A stretch of 36,666 bases of DNA from Candidatus Tethybacter castellensis (lineage in GTDB: Bacteria; Pseudomonadota; Gammaproteobacteria; Tethybacterales; Tethybacteraceae): assembly GCA_036679665.1 (NCBI GenBank), contig JAZHEJ010000058.1, positions 12,976 through 49,641 of the forward strand, read 5' to 3'. Below, one piece after another: positions 10,211-18,215 of the stretch. The first letter of the stretch is position 1. The number at the start of each line of letters is the position of its first letter. The notes below the pieces were generated by a model that was not told where the DNA came from, made no database searches, and was given only the letters and a program-made list of their open reading frames with translations. A program made the position numbers and the translations under genes.

Positions 10211-10239
10211 TAGTGTTTAGACGACTCGTCTAACAACTA
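10211..10239. promoter_or_regulatory. Imperfect palindrome upstream of the rloC-like operon; candidate operator
   Basis: TAGTGTTTAGACGA-C-TCGTCTAACAACTA has a perfect 8-bp core (TTAGACGA/TCGTCTAA) and 12 of 14 arm positions complementary. It lies 25-53 bp upstream of the start codon at 10186. Confidence 0.35.
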
Positions 10240-10379
10240 GACAGAGTGATGCTAATCCACCTGCCCACGCTTAATCCAATTGATTCTACAGTCCAGTTTT
10301 TTTTCAATGCTTTGTAGCAAAATTGTATAGCATTCTAGCTGTTGAAGGTAATTATTGAACGTTAGTTTCGGTGCCTCAA

Positions 10380-10629
10380 GATACCGCCTTTGGTGTGGGT
10401 GACTTCCGGATGAAACTGCAATCCGTACAATTTTTTCGCCTCGTTGGCCATCGCCATGACCGGGGTTGAATCGCCTTTGGCCAGCAGCGTGAAATCATCC
10501 GGCAACTTGCTGACTTGGTCGCCGTGGCTCATCCACACCGGCAACGACTCGCTATGCGAGTTGGCGTCGAATAACGGCGACCCTTGAGTTAGCCGCGCCA
10601 AACTATGCCCGTAGCTGCACCGGTCGGCG
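10380..10629 (-). pseudogene. guaA: Diverged internal fragment of guaA (GATase domain); direct repeat of 21737-21986
   Basis: Manual ungapped alignment to 21737-21986 gives 27 mismatches in 250 bp (~89% identity). It encodes ...VWMSHGD...[11 protein letters not shown]... with no native start or stop. Confidence 0.95.
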
Positions 10630-10630
10630 T

Positions 10631-10726
10631 TCAACTCTGATTGCCAGTAAGCTATTGACATAACACTGGCACGAATACATCGGTGAGGAAACGATTGCGG
10701 ACGCTATCCTCGACCGCCTGCTTCAT
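10631..10726 (+). mobile_element. istB: IS21-family istB (helper ATPase) C-terminal remnant
   Basis: It translates as [31 protein letters not shown], matching the IstB signature S-T-x-x-x-S-Q-L-P...W...A-D-A-I-L-D-R-L-x-H, with an in-frame stop at 10661-10663. It is not in the ORF track. Confidence 0.8.
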
Positions 10727-10768
10727 GAAAAAGATGCAACATGAAACTTGACTCTGAGGTAAACTGAC

Positions 10769-11374
10769 ATGATACTGTGCTACAAAAGCGCTACTGCAAC
10801 AATCACGACCCTGAAAATCATCGCCCAGGCACGTCTCGGCTACCACTTTCGAGGCGCGATCAAGGATACACCGGACGTTGATTCCGCGGGTGTTCAGATC
10901 AAGAACGTTGATCCCGTACACGATATCGACTGGCCCGCACTCGTAAACACCTCACTCACTGGTCGCAAGGAACCAGACTGGTTGCAGCCGGGGGACGTGT
11001 TGTTTGTTGCGCGGGGCAGTCGCAATATCGCTGTCTGTTTCGACGAGATGCCGGGCAAGGCTGTGTGTGCGCCACGCTATTATCTGTTGCGGACTCGCGA
11101 TAACACCGTGCTCCCGGAGTACCTCGCCTGGTACATCAACAAAGCACCCGCTCAGCGGTATTTCGCGCAGTCAGCGGAGAGATCGTTTATTATCAGCATT
11201 CGTCGGGCCGTGCTGGAGGAATTGCCTGTGTCGGTGCTGGGTTTGGCGACGCAGCGGACAATCGCGCACCTGGCCGTTGCCGCCCGCCGCGAAAAACTAA
11301 TCACGGAACAACTGATTCGCAACCGGGAGCAACTACTGCGGTTGGTAGCGCAAGGATCGATTCAACAGGATTGA
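10769..11374 (+). CDS. Single-TRD HsdS-like protein preceding hsdM
   Basis: HsdS-type motifs LQPGDVLFVARG, LPEYLAWYIN, LEELPV...QRTIA and a helical C-terminus. It is about half the length of a normal HsdS. The exact start is uncertain. Confidence 0.7.
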   Translation: MILCYKSATATITTLKIIAQARLGYHFRGAIKDTPDVDSAGVQIKNVDPVHDIDWPALVNTSLTGRKEPDWLQPGDVLFVARGSRNIAVCFDEMPGKAVCAPRYYLLRTRDNTVLPEYLAWYINKAPAQRYFAQSAERSFIISIRRAVLEELPVSVLGLATQRTIAHLAVAARREKLITEQLIRNREQLLRLVAQGSIQQD

Positions 11375-11391
11375 TCAGCAAAGGAGCCAAT

Positions 11392-12909
11392 ATGAATGAT
11401 TCGGTAGATCAGAATGACATCAACAACGCGGTATGGGCGGTGTGTGACACCTTTCGCGGCGTTGTGGACCCCAGCATTTATAAGGACTACGTCCTGACCA
11501 TGCTTTTCCTCAAATACATCTCGGATGTCTGGCAGGATCATTATGACAAATACCAGCTTGATTACGGAGACAACCCGGAACTCGTCAAAGAGATGATGAA
11601 GAACGAGCGCTTTGTACTGCCGAAGGCTGCCAGTTTCTACGCCCTGTATGAGCAACGTCACGAGCCCGGCAACGGTGAACGCATCGACAAGGCACTACAC
11701 ACCATTGAGGAAGCCAATATCCACAAGCTGCAAGACGTCTTTCAGGACATCAGCTTTAACAGCACCCGCCTCGGTGACGAGGCACAGAAAAATGAAATTT
11801 TGCGGCACATGCTAGAAGACTTCGTCAGGGACGAACTGGACCTCAAACCCAGCCGTATCGGCAAACTCGACATTATCGGCAATGCCTATGAATTTCTGAT
11901 CAATAACTTCGCCGCTACCGGGGGCAAGAAGGCGGGCGAATTCTATACACCTCCTGAGGTATCGGAACTGATTGCCGAACTGGTTGATCCCCAAGAGGGC
12001 GATGACATCTGCGACCCCGCCTGTGGCTCCGCTTCGCTGTTGATGAAGTGCGGCAGGAAGATTCAAAAAGCCGGGTCAAAAAAATACGCCCTATATGGTC
12101 AGGAAGCCATAGGCAGTACTTGGGCGCTCGCGAGGATGAACCTGTTCCTGCATGAAGAAGACAACCACCGGATAATGTGGGGTGACACCATCCGCAATCC
12201 TAAGTTGCTAAATGGTGACGACAGTCTCAAGCTGTTTGACATCGTGGTCGCCAATCCGCCGTTCAGTCTGAACAAGTGGGGTAGTGAACAGGCGGAAGCT
12301 GACAGGTTTGGGCGCTTTCGGCGCGGCATCCCACCGAAGACCAAGGGAGATTACGCCTTTGTCCTGCACATGATCGAGACTCTCAAGCCCGGCAGTGGGC
12401 GCATGGGCGTGGTCGTGTCCCATGGTGTGCTGTTCCGTGGAGCCGCCGAGGGCAGGATCAGGAAGCAGCTCATTGAGGAAAACCTGCTCGATGCGGTAAT
12501 CGGGCTGCCGGAAAAGCTGTTTTACGGCACGGGCATTCCGGCAGCAATACTGCTGTTTAGGAAAAACAGATCGGACGGCTCTGATGAAAGTGTGCTGTTC
12601 ATTGATGCCAGACGAGAATACAAGGACGGCAAGAACCAGAACGCGCTCACGGATGAACACATTGCCAAAATCGTGGCGACCTATAAGGCGCAAGAAGACG
12701 TGGACAAGTACGCCCATCTTGCCGACCTCGATGAAATCAGGGAAAACGACTACAACCTCAATATCCCGCGCTATGTCAATACCTTTGAGGAGGAGGAAGA
12801 GATCGATTTGATGGCGGTGCGGGCTGAGCGAGTCAAGCTCAAGCGTGAACTGGCAAAGTTGGATGAGAAGATGGAGGGGTATTTGAAGGAATTGGGTTAT
12901 GTTAAGTGA
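11392..12909 (+). CDS. hsdM: Type I RM methyltransferase subunit M (m6A)
   Basis: GEFYTP, DPACGS (SAM binding), ANPPF (motif IV), HGVLFRG, YNLNIPRY. The ATG at 11392 is preceded by AAGGAG. Confidence 0.97.
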   Translation: MNDSVDQNDINNAVWAVCDTFRGVVDPSIYKDYVLTMLFLKYISDVWQDHYDKYQLDYGDNPELVKEMMKNERFVLPKAASFYALYEQRHEPGNGERIDKALHTIEEANIHKLQDVFQDISFNSTRLGDEAQKNEILRHMLEDFVRDELDLKPSRIGKLDIIGNAYEFLINNFAATGGKKAGEFYTPPEVSELIAELVDPQEGDDICDPACGSASLLMKCGRKIQKAGSKKYALYGQEAIGSTWALARMNLFLHEEDNHRIMWGDTIRNPKLLNGDDSLKLFDIVVANPPFSLNKWGSEQAEADRFGRFRRGIPPKTKGDYAFVLHMIETLKPGSGRMGVVVSHGVLFRGAAEGRIRKQLIEENLLDAVIGLPEKLFYGTGIPAAILLFRKNRSDGSDESVLFIDARREYKDGKNQNALTDEHIAKIVATYKAQEDVDKYAHLADLDEIRENDYNLNIPRYVNTFEEEEEIDLMAVRAERVKLKRELAKLDEKMEGYLKELGYVK

Positions 12910-14155
12910 ACTGCCTAATAGATGGATAGCTACATCAATTGGTGCCGTCTGCGAAATAGCACGAGGAGGATCACCTCGTCCAATTAACAAATACATAACC
13001 AATGATAAGGACGGTATCAACTGGATAAAGATTGACGACGCATCGGCTTCATCAAAGTACATCTACTCCACTAAGGAAAAAATTAAAGCTGAAGGCGAGA
13101 AAAAATCTCGAAGAGTCAAATCAGGTGATTTTTTGCTATCAAATTCTATGAGCTTTGGACGTCCCTATATCTTGAGGGTGGATGGCTGTATACATGACGG
13201 ATGGCTTGCCTTATCATTTGATAGAGGGCAAATCGGTGAGGAATTTTTGTACTACCTTCTCTCTTCGCCAGTAGTGTTCAAGGAATTTGAGAATAAAGCT
13301 GCTGGCTCCGCTGTAAAAAATTTAAATAAAGAACTTGTTTCATCAGTCCGCGTTGTACTGCCGCCCTTCGATGAACAACAACGTATCGCAGAAATCATCT
13401 CGACCTGGGACCGGGCTATCAAGACGACCGAGGCACTGCTGGCCAATGCCCGCACCCAAAAACGCGCCTTGATGCAATCCCTCTTCATGGGCAAATGCCG
13501 CTTCCCCGAATTCGCGGGGCAGGATTGGAAAGAGGTGCAGATGGGCAACGTTGCGGAGGTTGATGTAGAAAGCCTTGATGCAAAGACACCGGACAATTTT
13601 GCATTCGACTACATCTCACTTTCAAACGTGGAACCTGGACGCGTTGTTAAGCCGTTGGAACGAATGATCTTCTGCGATGCTCCCTCTCGGGCAAGGCGCA
13701 AAGTTCAGGCAGGTGACTTGTTGGTTTCGACCGTTCGGCCAAATCTTCTCGGTTTTGCACGAATTTCAGATGACTACGCGAACTGCATAGCTTCCACTGG
13801 CTTTGCCGTGGTCTCATGCAGCAACGCGGCCGACGGCTCTTACCTTTTCCACTATCTTTTTAGCCATCATATGAGGAGCCAATTCCATGCTCTTGTCGTG
13901 GGATCAAACTACCCAGCGATTAACTCCACAGATGTAAAAAAACTTCGGCTGCAATTGCCATCTATCGAAGAGCAGCGACGTATTGGCAAGTTGCTTGATG
14001 ATTGCGATGTCGAGATTACGGCTTTGGTGTATTACATCCACAAACTTTGCACCGAAAAAAAAGCCCTGATGCAACAACTCCTCACCGGCAAGCAGCGGGT
14101 AATGATCGACAGCGACGTTGACAGTATCATTGAAGAGTCTACAGCCCATGACTGA
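12899..14155 (+). CDS. hsdS: Type I RM specificity subunit S (two TRDs)
   Basis: Two TRDs, each followed by a conserved repeat: LPPFDEQQRIA...KRALMQSLFMGK and LPSIEEQRRIG...KKALMQQLLTGK. It overlaps the hsdM stop. Confidence 0.95.
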   Translation: MLSELPNRWIATSIGAVCEIARGGSPRPINKYITNDKDGINWIKIDDASASSKYIYSTKEKIKAEGEKKSRRVKSGDFLLSNSMSFGRPYILRVDGCIHDGWLALSFDRGQIGEEFLYYLLSSPVVFKEFENKAAGSAVKNLNKELVSSVRVVLPPFDEQQRIAEIISTWDRAIKTTEALLANARTQKRALMQSLFMGKCRFPEFAGQDWKEVQMGNVAEVDVESLDAKTPDNFAFDYISLSNVEPGRVVKPLERMIFCDAPSRARRKVQAGDLLVSTVRPNLLGFARISDDYANCIASTGFAVVSCSNAADGSYLFHYLFSHHMRSQFHALVVGSNYPAINSTDVKKLRLQLPSIEEQRRIGKLLDDCDVEITALVYYIHKLCTEKKALMQQLLTGKQRVMIDSDVDSIIEESTAHD

Positions 14156-17100
14156 TGGCCATGTAACACCGGAGATCAGGGAAGAGTACAGCGTACAGAT
14201 TCCGGCCTTGCAGCTACTCAATGCCCTTGGTTGGTCGTACCTCTCCGCTGCCGAATGTGTCGTGGCCCGTGGTGGTAATCAGGAAGTGGTGCTGCGAAGT
14301 GTGCTCATTGACGAACTGCGTAAGCGGCGCTTTGAGTACAGGGGTGAGTCCCATTTCCTTTCCCCCAATGCTATCAACCAGATCGTGCGGGAGCTATCTA
14401 GCGTTGCCTTGCAGGAAGGCCTGGGGACAGCCACCGAGGTTCTCTACAACAAGATCACCCTCGGCGTAACCGTCACTGAATTCATCGACGGCAACAAGCA
14501 TTCCCCGACCATTCCGGTGATTGACTGGCAAGACGTCGGCAATAACAGTTTGATTGTGACTGAGGAACTGGAAGTTATGTCTTCGGAGGGCACACATACA
14601 CGGCGGCCCGACATCGTCTGTTTTGTGAACGGGCTGCCGCTGGTGGTGATTGAGGCCAAGCGCCCCGTCTCCGGCAATCCGGTCAAATCCATGATCGCCG
14701 AGGGCATATCCCAGAGTCTCCGTAATCAGAAGCCGGACGAGATCCCGAAGCTCTTTGCCTACTCACAGCTTTTATTGTCCATCAGCGGCACTGATGCCAG
14801 CTACGGGACGACCCTGACACCGCGAAAGTTCTGGACCAACTGGCGTGACGAGGTCTTCGCTGAAGATTACTTCCACGAGGTGAAGAACCGGCCTGTCGAT
14901 AAGGTCTTCAAGGACGCCGTTTTCACGGGGCGGCCAGCCCGAATTCGCCAGCACTTTGAAAAAAAGTGGTCGTCAGAGTGTCTGCCCTCGGAGCAGGACC
15001 GGATGATGGTCAGCCTGCTCTCGCCGGAGCGGCTGCTGGAATTCATTCGCTTCTTCATCCTGTTTGACAGCAAGTCCGGAAAAGTGGCGGCGCGTTATCA
15101 GCAGGTGTTTGGCATTAAGGCCACGATCAAGCGCTTGCAGGTCCGGCGCCAGAGTGGAAAGAGCGGGAAGAGTGGCGGACGCGCGGGCGGCGTGATCTGG
15201 CACACCACCGGGTCAGGCAAATCTTTTACCATGGTGTTCCTGTGCAAGGCATTGCTCCTGCACCCGGCCCTGAAGAATTGCCGCATGGTGGTGGTCACCG
15301 ACCGGGTGGGCCTTGAAAAGCAGCTATCAAAAACATTCCTCAGCGGCGGCGCCTTCGGAAGTACGCTCACCAGCATCAAGGTCGGCGAGAAGTCCAAGGC
15401 GACCTCAGGCCGTGACCTCGCCAAACGCATCGGTCAGGGCCGGGAGCGGATCATTTTCGCCATCATCAATAAATTCCTGACCGCCACGAAGCAGAAGCAT
15501 TGTTACAATACGAGTGAGGACATGATTGTCCTCGTTGACGAGGGGCATCGCAGCCACGGCGGCGAAGGTCACGAGCGCATTCGCAAGGCGCTGCCCAACG
15601 CGGCCTATATCTCCTTCACCGGTACGCCGCTGCTCAAGGACGACAAGACTGCCAACAAGTTCGGGCCCATCATCCATGCCTACACCATGCAACGGGCCAT
15701 CGAGGACAAAACGGTGACACCGCTGCTCTATGAAGAACGCAAGCCCGAGCTTGAAGTCAATGAAAAGGCCATCGACAACTGGTTCGAAAAAATCACCGCC
15801 GCCCTCTCGGATCAACAGAAGAGCGATCTCAAAAAGAAATGGGGCAGGAAAGGCCCGGTCTCGCGCAGCGATAACCGTATCCAGCTTATCGCATGGGACA
15901 TTGCGGTGCATTTCAAGGAAAACTTCAAGGATATGGGTCAGGGTCTCAAGGGCCAAGTTGCCGCTGACAGCAAGCAGTCCGCTATTCGCTACAATAAATA
16001 CCTTGATGAGACCGGGCATGTTTCCAGCGCCGTGGTTATCTCGCCACCGGATACCCGCGAAGGGCACGAGGCCGTTGATGAAAACACGCTGCCGGAAGTG
16101 CAACAATGGTGGAAGGATAATATTAAAGGGGACGGGGAAAGCTACGAGCGCGAGGTCATTGAGAATTTCAGCACGCCGGGTGCACCGGACCTGCTGATCG
16201 TGGTAGACAAACTGCTGACCGGCTTTGACGAGCCATGCAACGCCGTCCTGTATATCGACAAGCCCCTGAAGAATCACAACCTCATCCAGGCTATTGCAAG
16301 GATCAACCGACTCCATGACGCCAAAAAGTTCGGCTTGCTGATCGACTATCGCGGCATCCTTAGGGAACTCGATACCGCCATCGAACAATATCAGGACCTC
16401 GCCAGCCGGACCCAGGGTGGCTATGATATCGATGACATTGATGGGATCTATCGAGAGGCCGGCACCGAATATAAAAAGTTGCCCATGCTGCATGACCGGC
16501 TGACCGGACTGTTCAGCGAGGTCAGGAACAAGGCGGACCGCGAGCAGTACCGCCAGCTCTTAGTCCCCCGGTACGCGGAGGATGTCAACGGGCAGAGTTA
16601 CGACACGCGCCAGAGTTTCCGCGAAGACTTTTACCAGGCTCTCACCGCATACGGTATATGCTTGGGTGTGGCGCTGTCTTCTCACATCTTCTTTGAGGAC
16701 ACGGCCTTCTCCGATGAAGACATCACCCGTTACAAAAAAGATCTTCAGTGGTATAGCGAACTGCGCAAGATCGCACGGCAGGACGCGCAGGAAACCATCG
16801 ACTACAGTGCCTATGAGGAGCAGATTAGCAGGCTTGTGGATAAGCACGTGGTCGGCGCCGGTATTGAGGAGCCGGAGGGTGTTTATGAGGTAAACAAGCT
16901 TGGCAACGGTGACAGCCCTGACAACTGGAGCGAAGAAAAGACACGCAACGAAACCGACATCATCCGCACCAGAGTCAAGAAAACCATCAAGCAGGATCTG
17001 GCTGATGACCCTTACGCGCAGGCCGTATTTTCCAAGTTGCTTAAACAGGCCATCGCCGAAGCGAAGGCCCTGTTCGACTACCCAAAGAAGCAATACCTGC

Positions 17101-17441
17101 TGTTCCGCTCTTTTGAAAAGCGAGTGAAGGAGCGGGACATTGAAGGCATGCCTGCCGCCTTGACCGGCAACAAACATGCCAGGGCCATCTACGGCCTGTT
17201 CATGTTGCATCTTGATCAGCCTGATCAAGACAGCCATGTGGAGGACGTATTCTTTATTGTCGAGACCGTCATGGCAACGGTCGCCGAACATTCACTGAAC
17301 ACTCAGAACATCGAATCAGCAATCCGCAAGGTGCTGCTGCCTTATCTGTTCGGGCGCGTCGGTCTGGACAAGGCCAAAGTGCTGATTGAGGAGGTGCTCA
17401 ACATCACTCGCATCCTCCATTCACGAGGCAAACTGCGTTGA
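14148..17441 (+). CDS. hsdR: Type I RM restriction subunit R
   Basis: RRPDIVCFVNGLPLVVIEAK nuclease motif, WHTTGSGKS, DEGHRS, FTGTP, LLTGFD, QAIARINR. The ATG at 14148 overlaps the end of hsdS. Confidence 0.97.
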   Translation: MTDGHVTPEIREEYSVQIPALQLLNALGWSYLSAAECVVARGGNQEVVLRSVLIDELRKRRFEYRGESHFLSPNAINQIVRELSSVALQEGLGTATEVLYNKITLGVTVTEFIDGNKHSPTIPVIDWQDVGNNSLIVTEELEVMSSEGTHTRRPDIVCFVNGLPLVVIEAKRPVSGNPVKSMIAEGISQSLRNQKPDEIPKLFAYSQLLLSISGTDASYGTTLTPRKFWTNWRDEVFAEDYFHEVKNRPVDKVFKDAVFTGRPARIRQHFEKKWSSECLPSEQDRMMVSLLSPERLLEFIRFFILFDSKSGKVAARYQQVFGIKATIKRLQVRRQSGKSGKSGGRAGGVIWHTTGSGKSFTMVFLCKALLLHPALKNCRMVVVTDRVGLEKQLSKTFLSGGAFGSTLTSIKVGEKSKATSGRDLAKRIGQGRERIIFAIINKFLTATKQKHCYNTSEDMIVLVDEGHRSHGGEGHERIRKALPNAAYISFTGTPLLKDDKTANKFGPIIHAYTMQRAIEDKTVTPLLYEERKPELEVNEKAIDNWFEKITAALSDQQKSDLKKKWGRKGPVSRSDNRIQLIAWDIAVHFKENFKDMGQGLKGQVAADSKQSAIRYNKYLDETGHVSSAVVISPPDTREGHEAVDENTLPEVQQWWKDNIKGDGESYEREVIENFSTPGAPDLLIVVDKLLTGFDEPCNAVLYIDKPLKNHNLIQAIARINRLHDAKKFGLLIDYRGILRELDTAIEQYQDLASRTQGGYDIDDIDGIYREAGTEYKKLPMLHDRLTGLFSEVRNKADREQYRQLLVPRYAEDVNGQSYDTRQSFREDFYQALTAYGICLGVALSSHIFFEDTAFSDEDITRYKKDLQWYSELRKIARQDAQETIDYSAYEEQISRLVDKHVVGAGIEEPEGVYEVNKLGNGDSPDNWSEEKTRNETDIIRTRVKKTIKQDLADDPYAQAVFSKLLKQAIAEAKALFDYPKKQYLLFRSFEKRVKERDIEGMPAALTGNKHARAIYGLFMLHLDQPDQDSHVEDVFFIVETVMATVAEHSLNTQNIESAIRKVLLPYLFGRVGLDKAKVLIEEVLNITRILHSRGKLR

Positions 17442-17472
17442 TGGTCGGCAATAGTTCATTGAGGGTTCGCTG

Positions 17473-18201
17473 ATGAAGAGAGCAAGTTTCACTTATGGCG
17501 ATGAGCACTTCGACTACGGCATTTGTCTCACGCCGGAGCGGACCACAAAGATCGCCATTCACGTTCACCCTGACGCCTCGATACAGGTCGACGCTCCAGA
17601 ATGCGAATCCCAAGCCCGGATCAACAGGGCTGTCCTGAAGCGCGCCCGCTGGATCAGGAACCACGTGCTACAGGCCCGCGCCCAGCGCGAGCATGTGCTA
17701 CCGCGCAACTATGTGAGCGGAGAGAGCCACTTCTATCTCGGGCTGCGTTATCAACTCAAAGTCTCCGATGCAACAAGCGCCGGGCCGCAGGTGAAAATGT
17801 GGCGAGGTCAAATTCTGGTCCATGCCGAGGGCAGATCACCCGACGCCGTAAAGCGGCAACTCTCCCACTGGTACCGGAAGCGGGCATTGGAAGTTTTTGA
17901 CCGACGTTTACATGCCCTGGGGGAACGTGTGTCATGGCTAAAGGAAACCCCGTCGCTACGCCTGCTGAAAATGCGCAGACAATGGGGAAGCTGCTCTCCG
18001 CGGGGCGCCATTGTCCTGAACCCCAATCTGGTTAAAGCTCCCCGGGATTGCGTGGACTATGTGATCGTTCACGAACTGTGTCACTTGAAAGAACACAATC
18101 ACTCCCCAAGTTACTACCGATTGCTACACGAGGTGATGCCCGGCTGGGAACCGGTGAAAGCACGGCTGGATGGGATGGCGGAGTTGTTGTTGAATGAGTA
18201 A
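17473..18201 (+). CDS. M48/YgjP-like (DUF45) zinc metallohydrolase
   Basis: GESHFYLG, QWGSCS, DYVIVHELCHLKEHNHS (HExxH...H). This family commonly follows hsdR. Confidence 0.9.
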   Translation: MKRASFTYGDEHFDYGICLTPERTTKIAIHVHPDASIQVDAPECESQARINRAVLKRARWIRNHVLQARAQREHVLPRNYVSGESHFYLGLRYQLKVSDATSAGPQVKMWRGQILVHAEGRSPDAVKRQLSHWYRKRALEVFDRRLHALGERVSWLKETPSLRLLKMRRQWGSCSPRGAIVLNPNLVKAPRDCVDYVIVHELCHLKEHNHSPSYYRLLHEVMPGWEPVKARLDGMAELLLNE

Positions 18202-18215
18202 ATCTGGAGTTACAG

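Noticed and set aside
10229-10367. Possible integron attC (GTCTAAC ... GTTAGTT) near the rloC-like gene
   Set aside because: The right end does not fit GTTRRRY, there is no extended internal complementarity, and there is no intI or repeated sites.
10362-10661. 99-aa ORF as a functional small glutamine amidotransferase
   Set aside because: It lacks the catalytic Cys region. Its start comes from the antisense istB scar and its stop from unrelated DNA.
14055-14062. A8 tract in hsdS as a phase-variation switch
   Set aside because: It is short, in frame and simply encodes the conserved EKK segment.
15152-15190. SGKSGKSGGRAGG mini-repeat in HsdR
   Set aside because: It is a small in-frame loop expansion with diverged codons and no sign of a variable repeat.
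12208-17291. Minus-strand ORFs of 284, 362 and 243 aa over hsdM/hsdR
   Set aside because: They are antisense shadow ORFs.
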